A DNA stretch of 64,000 bases from Callorhinchus milii (lineage: Eukaryota): positions 129,024,001 to 129,088,000 of the forward strand of contig NW_024704742.1 of assembly GCF_018977255.1 (NCBI RefSeq), written 5' to 3'. Below, piece by piece: positions 51,103 through 64,000 of this stretch. The notes beneath the pieces are model-generated. The model was not told where the DNA came from and searched no databases. It worked only from the letters and a program-made list of their open reading frames with translations. How positions within the stretch are numbered: position 1 is the first letter of the stretch; each line of letters begins with the position of its first letter. Both the position numbers and the translations under genes were made by a program.

Positions 51103-51399
51103 GGCTCTGGAACTCCATCCCCCAGTGCCTTCGCCTTGCTTCCTCCCTTTCCTCCTTCAAGGCCGGTCTCAAAACCTTTCTCTTTGACCGTGCCTTCAGC
51201 TCCCCTCTCGACTCTCTTCCTCCTCCTCGCTCCCTCCCTTCCCTCCCCTCACCCTGACCATTTCCCCCCTCCTCTCTCCTCCCTTCCCTCCCCTCACCCT
51301 GACCAGTTCCCCCCTGCTCGGGTCATGACCCAACTGTGCAGCGCCTTGGGACGTCCTCCTGACGTGAAAGGCGCTCTATAAATGGAATCTTGTTGTTGT
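51103..51399 (+). mobile_element. L2 3' end fragment; similar short piece at 43450-43717(-)
   Basis: Same 3' UTR and tail as the other young L2 copies. Confidence 0.88.
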
Positions 51400-51954
51400 T
51401 TCATTTCTCCATAGATGCTTCCTGACCTGCTGCGTTTTCCCAGCTCTCTCTGTTTTTGTGTTTGATATAGTATTGATGGGTGAGTGTGATTGATTCTCAA
51501 CTGGTCAATCAATTTACTGACTTTGATGGTGGGAATTTAAAATGGGATTTTTCCACTGTAAGAAATGAAAATGACCAAGTGCTATGTTAAGGCATGCTTC
51601 TGTAAGACTCTAATTAAGTAATTTTATGTGGAAGTTCTTTAGAAGAAACGGAAATCTAAATCAAATTTACGCTGAGATTGTTCGATACCGGCACAGGGTA
51701 CAACTTCCCAAATGTTCAACTGCCCAAAAATCAGCTCCCTTGTAATAATGCTTGTATTTAATTTAGCGCCTTTAATGTTGGGAGGACATCTCAAAGCATT
51801 TCACAGGATTTACTGTAAATTGTAGTGCCGTGCCTGCGTATTTTGTGGGCGAAATTATGCATAACAATTCCCAGCGTTTCCTTTTTTTAAAGCTGCAATA
51901 AGGTTAAAGCCACTTTTCCTTTCTTGCAATTTATCTCCTCACTTGCAGTTGGTA

Positions 51955-52100
51955 ATTCATGCTGAGTATGATGTAGGCACTTCTCTGGTTCTGTGCCCAA
52001 TTGTGCGATCATGTTTGAAGCCAATACAAACTTATAGCTAAAACAGTGATTGCTGGCGGGCATAGCAACAGAACCAAGCTTGATCTTGTCCTCATGGAAC
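51955..52100 (-). pseudogene. RNF213-like relic, AAA2 C-terminal part
   Basis: EDKIKLGSVAM...AQLGTEPEK/AYI vs EETADRLGSIPL...GQLSDVAEKLYI. Confidence 0.55.
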
Positions 52101-52530
52101 AAATGTTGTTAAATCGTGGTCTCATCTGCCTGTTAATATACGTAGTAACAATCCTCACATTTGATATAGCGCCTTTCACGTAGTGCGGATGTCTCAAACT
52201 GCTTCACAGTTTAATAATAATAATAATAATAATATTCACAGTTTATACTGTAAAGTGCATTTTGTTGAAAGCAAGATTCCATCATGTTCTGACCAACAAT
52301 CCCCTAGATACGTTGGTCATTCACTTCATGATTGTTTGTGAGAACTTTCTGTGCACAAGTCAGGTTATACCTCTAAATACATAGTCACTACACTTGACAG
52401 TGTTTACCTGTGAAATATTTTGATCTTCTAGGTGCGATATCAAATGCAGTACCTTGGGACATCCTCCCAATGTGAAAGTAATGTATAAATGTAAATTTAT
52501 ATTGTAAGTAACATTTTTAACATCCACATT

Positions 52531-53436
52531 TAGGGCTTGCAATCCTGGAAATCCTAGTCTCAGGATCTAGATCCCATATAATAATGGTGCTCCCGAAATC
52601 TTGGGATTTATAGAAGAGTATCCCATGACATCAGGATTGTTTCGAAAAATATTTTTTTAAAAAGCAGCAAAGTCATTTTTCCATTACTGTGTTGTTTCAT
52701 ATTTCTCTCTCTCCCCACCCACCCAGACACACACACCATGCTCTCAATAGTTTCTTTCTGTAAGTGTTATGTTTGCTGTTTCGTTGCCGGTGTTTCATTT
52801 CTTGCTTTCTGCTGTACGTCACAGTCTCTCTTTCTTTCGTTCTCTGTATTTGACAATCCTTCTCCCTCTCCCCCTATATGTACCAATGTCATCTAGTTCG
52901 GTTTCTCTGTGAATGTACATCTATCTCTCCGTCTCTGTATGTATCTCTCTCTCCCCCTCTATTTGTGCCACAAACACTCTTTCGGTCCTTCTGTGGTATG
53001 TCACCCTTTTCTCTCTCTGTACTGTGTATGTGTTTGTGTGTGTGCGGTGTGTGGTGTGTTGCTTGTGCGTGTTTGCGTGTGTGAGTGTCTTGGTATCTCT
53101 ATCTGCCACTGACTTTTTTTCTGTCACTCATTCTATATTTGCCACTCTCTTTCCTTGTCAATAAAACTGCTCATCACCAACCCTCTCCCTGCCAGCTGAC
53201 ACCCACCCACCCTACTGGCTGTTGGCTGTCTCAGGCACTGTGTTGCTGAGGTAGGTGGGGAGGGAGGTGAGTCAGTGACTGGCTCGTGTAGAGGTTCCTG
53301 TGTAGTGCTGACACTTTTGGCAGAGTTCCCTGGCATTTTTCCGAAGCAAGATTTACCACCTTGTGATCCTGGGATTTGGGGCATTAAAATCCCCAAATCC
53401 CAAGATTCACTAAAAGCACCAGGATTGCAATCCCTA
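52531..53436. mobile_element. Non-autonomous hAT-type DNA transposon (MITE)
   Basis: TIRs TAGGGCTTGCAATCCTGG (52531-52548) and CCAGGATTGCAATCCCTA (53419-53436), 17/18 match. 8-bp TSD TCCACATT / TCCACAAT. Subterminal ATCC(C/T)..GATT repeats and no transposase ORF. Confidence 0.85.
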
Positions 53437-55242
53437 TCCACAATCTGCATTTATTAACAGCACTGCAGAGTGCTCAGAGCAAGAACTCTCTCTGATTTCT
53501 CCTTCCTCACAAAGCCAGGAGCACTGATGGTAATTGCAATAACCGCAACTCCAGGTGAGATCAACCAACCCAGTATTGACCACAGTTCAGACATGGCACC
53601 TTCCTCGTCTGTGTGACTCCTTGCCCAGTAGGTGACATATTTATTCTCTAGGCCATCAAGGGAAACTAAATTGTTTTTTTTCTGATGTGGAGATTTATTG
53701 AAGCATTTTCTTAGTTTTTCTCTCGCAAACGAGAGGACCTACGTTCGACTCCCAGGCAGGAAGAAATGCTGCGCAACTTCTCGAGCTCCATACGCCTCTG
53801 TTCACCTACCAGTAAGTAGGAACCCAGTTATCAGTTCATTGGCAAATTGCTTTTCCTGGGGTAATAATCCCTTCAAAACATTTAAAAAAAAATAAATAAT
53901 AATAATTTGGTCACTCAATCCACGACAAGTTTGAGGGACCTTGCTGTGCGCTGCCATGTTTCACCTACAAAATATGCAGTCAATTCACTTCACAGTATAT
54001 TCTGTTAAGTGATTTAAGACTCTCAAAGACGTATATCAAATGCAAGGATTATCATTAATAGTAATGTAAACAGCTACAGAATATGAAATGCTTTGGAGGT
54101 TTTATTCATCAAATAAAACAGTAATGTCTGTATCAATTTCACATCCCTGCAATAATGAAAATCTATGACATTTAACACAGCACCTATAATACTGAAACAT
54201 CCCAACGCACTTCACAGGTAAATATTGTCAGGTGTAGTGACTCTTCTGGGATGCAAATAAGGCAGCAATCTTTTTGCCCAGCAAGATTCCACAACAACCA
54301 GGAAGTGAAGACCCAATTTTGTTTGGATGATTGTTGGCTAGGACGACAGGAGAATTATCCTTACCAAATAGTATCTTGAGATGCTGATTGTCCAGCTAAA
54401 TAGATGGATAAGACCTTGGTTTAATGTCTCACTTGCGAAATGGCACCTCCAACAATGCAGCCATCCCCCAAAGCTGCATTGCAGTGTCAGTCTAGACAAT
54501 GAGCTCAATGTCCGACAAGAAGCTTGAATCCATAACTTTCTGACTCAAAGGCAAGAAGGCTACTATTAACTGAGCCAAGCTAAATTCGCAGTCCGCTTGT
54601 CAATTCAAGCTTGACCTGGCTTCAAATACAGACAGATATTTATTAGATTTGATTTTTTTTTCGGGGGGTCACAGAGAAGGGGGTTATGGAGTGTCTCAAA
54701 AACAACATACCCGTGAAGGCCAGGTTATTCAAGATCATCAGGGATCAGACCATCTCATTAGCAAAAAAAAAAGTTAATGTAACATTCTTGTGATAAACCA
54801 ATAGATATCTTTGTGACTAACATTCATAGACCAATAAAATCATAAAAATTACAGCACTGTAGAAGGCCATTTGGCCTATCAAGCCTATGCTGTTGCTAAA
54901 TTTCTCTACTGGCACTAATTTCTCTCATCCCAATTTGTTGCTTTTTCTCTGTACATTCTTCATATAGTCACTTGGAGCAAGGGGCATTCTTCCCACTTAG
55001 CTCCTGGTAACACTGCAAGCAAAAGCTCTAATAGCCAGGGTGGTCTTAGCTGGACAAGCAGCGGGACAGTACTTTCAATGGCAAACTATGTAGTGTTAGC
55101 TGGTTAAACTCCAGCAATGCTCAGTGCATACTCTGGGGCCCCAAACCTTGGCTCTTGCCAACCTGCACCTAATGCTTTCCAGAATTAGGTAAGCAAGATG
55201 CATCCCTCTGTAGAATGCACGGAACTCTCAATTTTCTGCCAC

Positions 55243-56790
55243 AGTATCACAAGATTAGTTTGGGTGAAGAAGACACTTCGGTCTATCAGATCTCTAGGCC
55301 TGTGGTTCCCCTTATTGAGCAGGATGACTAGTGCACCATCATATTACTAGCAGGGTAACATCTCACAAAGCCCAGCTCACGTCCCCTCTAAATCCGTGAC
55401 TGATCCAATATTAGATAAACTCTGTTTCGCAATATTAGGAAAAGATGAGACTGAAGAATCAAAAAGTGCCGTCACTTTGAATGCTTGGCAACTATAAGCT
55501 TCCAGTCATAAATGTCCATCTAAGATGTGGGTTTGTACAAAAAGACAATGTTTTGTTTGCCCCCATGTATCTTCATTTCAAACCTTTGCAGGGAAAAACA
55601 TCACTGAAACTGGGCCACATCTGAATGTCACGTGGGCCACATCTGGATGTTCAGTGAATGAACACAAACCAGTTCGATGTCCATCACCTCTGATTTGAAT
55701 TCAGATCTGCACTTAGCATCGCTGCCAGCAATTAGAGTAGATTTTGCACTCTAATTCACTCAGTGCTATTCTAAGATTCACAATTCAATGCAATTTTCTG
55801 GGATTCTGGGACTATGGGAACTCTCTCCTCGCCGGCCTTCCCGGCACCTCCCTCCACAAGCTGCAGGTCATTCAGAACTCTGCAGCTCGTGTACTGTCCC
55901 GCACCAGGCTTCGGGACCACATCACTCCTACCCTCGCTCGCCTCCACTGGCTCCCCATCCCCCAGAGGATTGATTTCAAGATCCTCATCCTCACCTACAA
56001 GGCCATTCACGGCCTTGCTCCCTCCTACCTCTCCAACCTACTATCCCCCTACCTACCCGCCCGTACCCTCCGTTCCTCTGGCTCCGGTCTGCTCCACGTC
56101 CCCCGCCCCAACCGCCCTACTATCGGTGGTCGGGCCTTCAGCCTCTCAGCCCCGAGGCTCTGGAACTCCATCCCCCAGTGCCTTCGCCTTGCTTCCTCCC
56201 TTTCCTCCTTCAAGGCCGGTCTCAAAACCTTTCTCTTTGACCGTGCCTTCAGCTCCCTCTCGACTCTCTTCCTCCTCCTCGCTCCCTCCCTTCCCTCCCC
56301 TCACCCTGACCATTTCCCCCATCCTCTCTCCTCCCTTCCCTCCCCTCACCCTGACCATTTCCCCCCTGCTCGGGTCATGACCCAACTGTGCAGCGCCTTG
56401 GGACGTCCTCCTGACGTGAAAGGCGCTCTATAAATGGAATCTTGTTGTTGTTGTTGTTGTTGTTGATTCACAACCGTAGTTGATCCCTTTTTGAACAAGA
56501 CACAACTGTATTACAGTACCTTCTATTGACCCATGACAGGAAATTTTGTCATTCGACAATCCTTACATTCACACTTTAACAGTTTTCAAAGAAAATAAAG
56601 TGTTTTCAAATATTAATCGCCCAACACACCAGTCTCCAGTAAGAACTAATAATACTAAGTCTTATGCAGTGAATCAACACATGACTGAGGGCTATGTTAT
56701 AGCAGTGGATTACACTATAAACAAAACAGGAAATTCCATGGAGGATACACAATTGGGAATGATGTTTATGAAACAAGAAACTTTTGATTG
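55243..56790 (-). pseudogene. RNF213-like relic, AAA1 to pre-AAA2 region, split by an L2 insertion
   Basis: LFH/NIIPNCVSS/NFLFCL vs LFHLDVTSSVQTGIWVFLFKL. SEFKSEVM vs RGFKKFVV. RFEMK/TWGQTKHCLF../WTFM vs PFSLRKRWESEPHPYVFF...MTFI. DRSVFFTQTNLVIL vs DKTYELTTDNMLKI. Confidence 0.55.
55806..56463 (+). mobile_element. Young L2 3' fragment
   Basis: Near-identical to 5640-6279; (GTT)n tail. Confidence 0.93.
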
Positions 56791-59064
56791 ATAGACATTT
56801 ATTCACCTTAAGATTGATTTATATTTTCTTACAAGAATTGAGTCCTGATTGTTCTTTTGTTTACCCAATGCATTTGGAAAATAATTAATGAAGAGTTGTT
56901 TCCCACCTGAAGCTGAACTGATGTTTGAGATTATGTAATTTCAGTGTAATGTTTACTGATGATGTCAGGGTCACAATATTGTAGAAACTAACCAGTCAAA
57001 ACTATACAGCATCATTGTCTATAAACCTCTGCTGGAACCCTTTGCATTGCTTCAAATCTAGTGCTCTGAAACTCTCCTCTTATGATAACACTGCCTTTAG
57101 GGACATATGAACAACAACAACATCAACAATATTACACTTGTATAGCGTCTTTCACGTCGGGTGGACTTCCCAAGGCGCTGTGGGGGTTGGGATCGTGGAG
57201 GGTGGAGGGCGGGGGGGAAGCAGAGTGATCGAAGGCACAGCCGAAGAGGACGGTCTTGAGATGAGTCTTGAAGGAGGCAAGGAAGGGGACGAGGGGGAGG
57301 GACTGTGGGATGGAGTTCCAGAGGGTGGGGGCAGAGTGGCTGAAGGGTCGTCCGCCAATGGTGGGGAAGGTGAGGCGGACGATGTAAAGCAGGCCAGAGT
57401 CCGGTGAGCGAAGAGAGCGGGCAGGCTGGTAAGGGGTTAGGAGGTCGCAGAGGAAAACAGAAGGAGGCTATTCAGCCCATCAAGTCATGAAGTTAGTTTA
57501 TTGGATCTTGGCAGATCTTATAACTCCAATGCCTTGCGTTTCTGTCATATCTCTTTATACTTCTACTACACAATACTAGTCTCTCTCTCTCTTTTAAACA
57601 TCCCTGTTGATTCTATCTTTTTAGATTTCTGAGGAAGAATGATCCACATCTTCACAATCCACTGAATGACGAAATGCTCCGTGACATTGCTGCCTTCAAG
57701 AAGGAAAAATGGAATAAAGAAAAAGAAAAACGACTTTCCTAATTATTACAATTATATTTGATTGTCACTGGAAATAGGCTAATTATACTGATCCAGTGAA
57801 GCATTAACTGCTTGATTGATCCTAGTATTGATTCGAGGACAAAAGCCCTCAGATTCGTGATTAATTCAATGAGAGCACAATAATCAGATATAATTGCTCT
57901 TCCTGAATTGTAAAATCAGCTAGAGAACAAAGGGATTTGGTCTTTTCAAATAATTTTCTCTATTGTCTTGCCATGAAATGCTCAATAATGAGGCTGAGGG
58001 CTAGCTGGAGGAGGATTATCTGGAAGTATTTGTTTCTCAATGGAAAACTATGCGGTTTTAGCTGGTTAGAGTACAGCAATATCCCCAATATGCACTCTGG
58101 GTCCCCAAGCCTTAGCTCTTGCCAACTTGCGCGTAATACTCTCCGGGATTAGGTAAGCAGGATAGGTCCCCACCCTCAACCTCCTCTCCTCTACTTAAGG
58201 GATCAGCCTGGTTCAATTGGTAGTACTCTTACCTTTGAGTCAGCAGGTTGTAGGTTCAAGCCCCGTATCTGAACTTTGTGTTCATAATTTGGCTGACTCT
58301 CAAATACAGTGCTGGGGAATGCTGCATTGTCAGAGTTGTTGTCCTTCAGATGAGATGTTAAATCAAAGGCCCAGTCTGCCTGTTCAGATGAGCGATAAAG
58401 ATCCTTGGCTCCTACTCGAAAAAACAAAGGAGTTTCTCCCAGTGTCCTGGCCAACAACTCCTGCCCCGATGAAATTGGTCATTCACTTCTTGGATGTTTG
58501 TGGGACACTGCTGTATGGAAATTGGCTGCTGTGCTTCCTTACAAAGTAACTACACTCTGCGTGATGAGACTATATAAAAATGTACGGATTATTGTTGCAC
58601 TTGCTTCTAATGGGTTACTGCTCTATGGGTGTCAGGCAAATGACTATTGTTCACTCCTAAGCCTTGATTGAAAGCATTTGCAGTTTATTCATCCACAGGG
58701 GACATCATAGTCTAGCCCAATAATGTTCCATAATAATAATAATGTTCCACATCCACACAGGCACATCTTCCAGCTGGAGACTCTGAATGCAATGAAGAGC
58801 TGGGTCCTTGTTTTATTTTTCATAGCATTAGGAAGGGCAGAGACCAACCACAGTGTCCCTCCTGATGTTCCAACTGAGATCAACTAATTCAATGCAGACT
58901 GAATCGGAACCTTCAAGTCTCTGATCTGAATGACCTACTCCTAGCACCAGACTCGCTAGGTTGTCAGGGAAATATGAGGTGAACCCTCAATAAGAATTGC
59001 TTTGCCAGCTACACGAGTGTGTAACAACAAGTTGTGACACTATTAGTTTTGGATGTGCTGCAGC

Positions 59065-59574
59065 TCTACCATGGGTCAAAGAGGCCCTGTCTGCCCATAA
59101 GAACATATATACACACACCAATTCCCTATTAGTTGTAACTTCTGTGTATTTGTTGGTGTTGTTATACAATGTAAATGATGAAGAACTTTTGCGTCATGAC
59201 ACTTCACAGTAAAGTCCTGTTAAGTGCACTGAGAAGTCTCAATGATGTGATAAACCATTATATGAAATACAATCCTTGTTATATCTCTGCTTTCACAAAT
59301 ACAGTCATACTGTTCTTCAGCTGCTCAACAGTGAATTATAGGTTGAGCAATCACATAGCAGCTCATTTGTCCATCAACACTTGTGAAATGAATGTTTGTT
59401 TTTCTGGCCAGCGTAAACTCCACCATGTCGACTCACTGCTGAAAGCTCTTTTATGTTTCCCACAATCTCATCATAGAGCAATAAAAATAGAGGGTTATTT
59501 TATAGGGCAGTAAAATAATTGAGCATTAGCAATGAGCGGGCTGGCTTGCATAAGCAGAACAATATGCTAGGGAA
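59065..59574 (-). pseudogene. RNF213-like relic, stalk end and first AAA Walker-A region
   Basis: FPSILFC...NNPLFLLLYDEIV vs QPNLVVC...QPLPTYDEVL. VDMVEFTLAR...AAEEQYDCICE vs FEEVALLLRR...QAEELFHNLCT. NRELVCVYMFLWADRASL vs NDRLCVGIVASERAGV. Confidence 0.6.
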
Positions 59575-59710
59575 ATAAATTACTGAATCAGGTTGAAAGC
59601 AAATTACTATAAAATGCTGTGAAGACTTGGAGAAGCAAGGGGATACCAATGTGACCCCATCAGTAGCCTCTGAAGCTGTCAGCCTGGCTCAGCTGGTAGC
59701 ACTCATGAGT

Positions 59711-60181
59711 CATAGAATCATAGAATCATAGAATCGTACAGAACAAAAAGAGGCCATTCGGCCCATCAAGTTTGTACCAGCTCTTTGAAAAGAGCAATGT
59801 AATGTCAGTCCCACTCCCCAGCCCTTTCCCCATAACCCTGCAAACTCGTCCTCCTCAAATACCCGTCCATCGTGTTTTCAAAAGTAGTTATCGAATTGGC
59901 CTCGACCACCCTTTCAGGCAATGCGTTCCAGATTCGAACAATTCACTGCGTGAAAAAAATTCTTCTCACCTCCCCTCTGCTTCTTTTAGAGACTATTTTG
60001 AATCTGTGACCTCGAGTCTCCGACACACTTTTTCCCTTTCTAACCTATCAAATCCCCTCATGATTTTGAAGACCTCTATTAGGTCTCGTAACCTTCTCTG
60101 ATCCAATGAGAATAATCCCAGCCTCTCTAGCCTTTCCTCATAATCAAGGTCCCTCATTCCTGGTACCATTCTTGTAAATCT
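59711..60181 (-). mobile_element. CR1 3' fragment inserted into the head of a SINE (59676-59710 plus 60182-60510)
   Basis: (ATTCTATG)n tail, close to 2131-2600. The SINE head sequence resumes after the insert. Confidence 0.85.
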
Positions 60182-61317
60182 CAGTGTCAGAAGTTTATGG
60201 GATCAAGCTCCAGTGGTGGGACTTTGAGCTCACAGTCTGAACTGTCATTCCAATCTAGTTCTGGGGGTGGGGGTTGGGAGGTGCTGTCCTTCAGATGGGG
60301 AAACACTGCAATGTCAGTGTTTGTCAATGTTAAACCTAGGTCCCATCTTCATGGTTGTTTGTGGGACATTGCTGTGTTCAAATTGGCTGCTGGGTTCGCC
60401 TGCATATAAACAGTCACTCCATTCCACACTATTTTCGGTGAAACGCTTTGAGATGTCTTGACAACTTAATAAGGAGCGATATCAAATGCAAGGATTAATT
60501 TTTTTATTATCAGTAACCTATGACGAAGCATTAACATTTATGTAAACAAAAAAGGGAACTGGGAACTGAATCATTTATTCTACATGCTTGTTTTATTAGG
60601 TCAGAACAGCTAAATTTATTGTAATATTTTAACATTTCTCATCGCTCAATGTGGTATGAACAGATTTTGAGGACAAAATGTAGGTTTTCTAAATTATGGA
60701 TGGTTTTGATAACATAAAAATACAGAAAAATATTTCCTATGTTTGTCAGGAGAGGAACAAGAATTGGAGGATTCTGCTGCAACAATGTATGATCCAAGTG
60801 CTTCGGCTCATCCTTCTGACATGAAAGGAGCTAGCTAAAGTGTAAATTATGTTGTATTGCATTGACTGTGGATGCCGTGACCTCATTTCAAGGAGTACGC
60901 CTACTTGGATTAAATTATATATTCTTCCAGCATATTCAGGTTCTCTAACAGTTGACCTTTAAATGAGACATTAAATCAAGGGCCTAGAAACTCAGAGGAT
61001 ACAGTTCAAGATCCTGGTCCTCACCTTCAAAGCCCTCCACAGCTTCACTCCTCCTTACCTCTGGAACCTTCTAAACCCCCTACCAACCTGTCCTTTCCCT
61101 CCGCTCAGCGGGTTTCAGGCTGCTTCACGTTCCCGCCTTGCCCACCCCATCATTGGCAGGTGGGCCTTCAGCCTCTCTACCCCCACCCTCTGGAACTCCA
61201 TTCCATAGTTCCTCTGCCTCGAACCCTCCCTGAAGACCCATCTCAAGACCCTCCTCTTTGATCGTGCCTTCGGTCACCTTCTTTACACCTAGGCTTCCCG
61301 CACTCCACCACTCCTGT

Positions 61318-61617
61318 GGAGTCCTGTAGCTCAGTGGTTAGAGCACTCGCTTTGGAAGCGAGAGACCTGAGTTCAATTCCAGGCAGGTCAGGGCGAAACC
61401 TTGGGCAAGTTTCCTTACTCCACACGCCTAATAATAATCCCTTGAAAACCAAAACCAATAATAAATTGGTCAGTTTCAATCTGTTTGTGGGACATTGCTG
61501 TGCGCAATTGGCTGCCGCATTCGCCCACAAATATACAGTCAATTCACTTTACAGTGTGTTCTGTGAAACACTTTGGGATGTCCTCCCGACGTGAAAAGCG
61601 CTGTATCAAATGCAAGG

Positions 61618-61653
<36 letters not shown>
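61318..61653 (+). mobile_element. Full-length Deu-domain tRNA SINE
   Basis: GGAGTCCTGTAGCTCAGTGG head, Deu core and long (ATT)n tail. Confidence 0.9.
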
Positions 61654-61724
61654 TTCCCAACCACCAGCTCAGGTGCGGATCCCTGACTCTCCAGCACCTT
61701 GGGATGACCTCCTGACTATGTTTC

Positions 61725-62862
61725 CATGAATAGCTTTTCCTCCACCCCCCGCACTGTCTCGTGTGGTGTCTCTCAAGGCTCTGTCCTCGGTCCCCTCCTT
61801 TTCACCCTCTCTGTGCTCCCCCTCAGTGACATCATCCGCAGACATGGGGTTAACTTCCACATGTATGCGGATGACACCCAACTCTACCTTTCCTCCTCTA
61901 CCCTCAACTCCACGACCACTGATGTCCTGACAGCCTGCCTGTCCGACATCGAGTCCTGGACGAGAGACAACTTTCTTCAGCTCAACGTGCGCAAAACTGA
62001 GGCCCTCCTGTTTGGCTCGCGTCAGCGCCTCCGCACCTCAGGCGCTGACACCATCAGCATCCAAGGCTGCACTCTCCACCTCTCAAAGCCGGTCAGGAAC
62101 CTCGGTGTTCTGTTCGACTCTGAGCTGTCCTTTCTCCCTCATATCCGCACCACAACTGGCACTGCCTTCCATCACCTCCGGAATATCGCCAGACTACGGC
62201 ACTACCTCACCCCTCACGCTGCTGAAACCCTGGCCCTCGCCTTTATCACCTCAAGGCTGGACTACGGGAACTCTCTCCTCGCCGGCCTTCCCGGCACCTC
62301 CCTCCACAAGCCGCAGGTCATTCAGAACTCTGCAGCTCGTGTACTGTCCCGCACCGGGCTTCGGGACCACATCACTCCCACCCTCGCTCGCCTCCACTGG
62401 CTCCCCATCCCCCAGAGGATCGATTTCAAGATCCTCATCCTCACCTACAAGGCCATTCACGGCCTTGCTCCCTCCTACCTCTCTGACCTACTATCCCCCT
62501 ACCTACCTGCCCATACCCTCCGTTACTCTCCGGTCTGCTCCACATCCCCCGCCCCAACCGCCCTACCATCGGTGGCCGGGCCTTCAGCCTCTCAGCCCCT
62601 AGGCTTTGGAACTCTATTCCCCCAGTGCCTTCGCCGCTTCCTCCCTTTCCTCCTTCAAGGCCGGTCTCAAGACCTTTCTCTTTGACCGAGCCTTCGGCTC
62701 CCCTCTCGACTCGCTAACCCCTCCTCGCTCCCTCCCTTCCCTTCCCTCTCCCTGACCATTTCCCCCCTGCTCGGGTCCTGACCCAACTGTACAGCGCCTT
62801 GGGACGTCCTCCCGACGTGAAAAGCGCTCTATAAATGGAATCTTGTTGTTGTTGTTGTTGTT
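61725..62862 (+). mobile_element. L2 3' fragment (RT C-terminal half)
   Basis: [30 protein letters not shown]; (GTT)n tail. Confidence 0.93.
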
Positions 62863-62944
62863 GAAAGCCGCTATACAAATGTAATTTGTTATTGTTGAAA
62901 CTATTTTTTGAGCTAAATTCATTCACCACTTTCGAGACTCAGTG

Positions 62945-63760
62945 CTTGCAGCAGAATGTTTTGTGTGATTGAGAAATGCAAGTGCAGATGAATATTAGAA
63001 CAGAGGCTTTTCTCTTGCAAAGAGTTTTGATCCACAAGTTGAACCTTCAACTTGGAGTCCTTTCAAAGCAACAATAGCCCTCAGGCCAGTCTCTGCAGTT
63101 CATTGGCAGCTAAAAGTAATAATTGTTATAAATTAATGATGAACTAAGCAAAAACTAAAAGCCATTAGATGGCCAACATTTATTTTTGGTCAGCCGGATG
63201 TCTGACACATTCAGAAACCCTTCACCATTCTTAAGAGTACCCAAACCAAACTAAGAGTTACAAGATTCTACACATGGACATTCCCATGATTGGAATGAAA
63301 GTGCATTCTCTCCCGGAGAGACACACCCTGCTTACCTAATTCTGGATAGCATAGACTTTCTTCTATGCTGTAAATGTCTTTTGATGCTTCCACCAAGAAT
63401 AGCAAAATTTACCATTGATAGTATTGTCTAGCAGCTTCCCACCACTTGCCCAGCTCAGATCCTACCTCTACCCTATGGTTGGCCAACAAAATAAATTTTC
63501 TTGATTGAATATTTCTTTATGCCACTTCCAGCCTGCGGACCGCAGGTTGGCATCACTGCCTTAGTGCTTTGCCTTACAGGATTAACAGGAGCTGAGTGTC
63601 CAGTATGGACTGAAATCTGATTTCTGACCATTCATCTTTTTTAAAACAATCAAAAATAATGGATAGGAGGGAAGTTATCATACAATCAAGCTCTCCAGAA
63701 GATTTCAGAAACCTATCGTTCGACGTCTGAGATTATAAGACTAGACTTGAATCTCCTCTT
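62945..63760 (-). pseudogene. RNF213-like relic, stalk region (two pieces)
   Basis: SDVER*VSEIFW (~63695-63730) vs TEVERFSEVF. NYYF/AANELQRLA*GL ... SSALAFLNHTKHS (~62950-63130) vs LNFYTAEQLVYLSTEL...DAALTMLSFIKSN. Confidence 0.45.
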
Positions 63761-64000
63761 ATTATTCACAATAGCTGCTTGTTTTTGACAATGTATTTGT
63801 CTTTTCATACCCTGCTGTGCTCCTGGATTGCAAACTTTGCACATGTTTCATCTACCAGTAAATCTGCAACATTGCAGTGTTTTCACAAGTGGCAGGTTGT
63901 GGTTGCTTTTCCTTTATTTTAATGCTTTATGGGAAAAAAGAAGGGAGTTTCACCCAGTGTCCTGGACAACAATCCTCCAAATTAAATTGGTCATTAAATT

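Larger units (their letters stand above)
7861..63760 (-). pseudogene. Fossil RNF213 (mysterin)-like gene: many degraded, collinear coding fragments separated by transposons and introns; 5' part probably beyond the window end
   Basis: About 20 minus-strand fragments with frameshifts and stops resemble successive parts of remembered human RNF213 in correct N-to-C order (see the individual fragments). Identity per fragment is low; collinearity and spacing carry the argument. Confidence 0.7.

Noticed and set aside
37000..64000. HINT2 or NPR2 exons expected from mammalian SPAG8 synteny
   Set aside because: I found no HIT motif (HxHxH) exon or guanylate-cyclase exon by eye. Small exons could have been missed.
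1..64000. CRISPR array or prokaryotic defence system
   Set aside because: The sequence is vertebrate, with spliceosomal introns and LINE/SINE repeats, and has no regularly spaced repeat-spacer structure.

Overview
Vertebrate nuclear DNA, most likely from a cartilaginous fish (inferred from the repeat content). It is dense in repeats: CR1 and L2 LINEs, tRNA-derived Deu-domain SINEs with an L2-type tail, a hAT-type MITE and microsatellites. One intact gene can be assembled by hand on the minus strand: spag8. It has 6 coding exons (36357-35797, 32596-32428, 29877-29832, 27344-27224, 23920-23858, 20909-20823; 348 aa), all GT-AG and phase-compatible, with an RFX X-box plus forkhead motif upstream. 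The main surprise is that much of the non-repeat DNA between the transposons translates, on the same minus strand, into frameshifted, stop-ridden fragments resembling RNF213 (mysterin, AAA+ ATPase/E3 ligase). These fragments run in collinear N-to-C order from about 63.7 kb down to about 7.9 kb: stalk, AAA+ ring, E3 back, RING, E3 core, C-terminus. Several fragments, including the RING relic, lie inside spag8 introns and just after its stop codon, so the live spag8 appears interleaved with a fossil giant RNF213-like gene on the same strand. All protein comparisons were made by eye against remembered human sequences and need tblastn/HMM confirmation. Repeat boundaries without target-site duplications are approximate.
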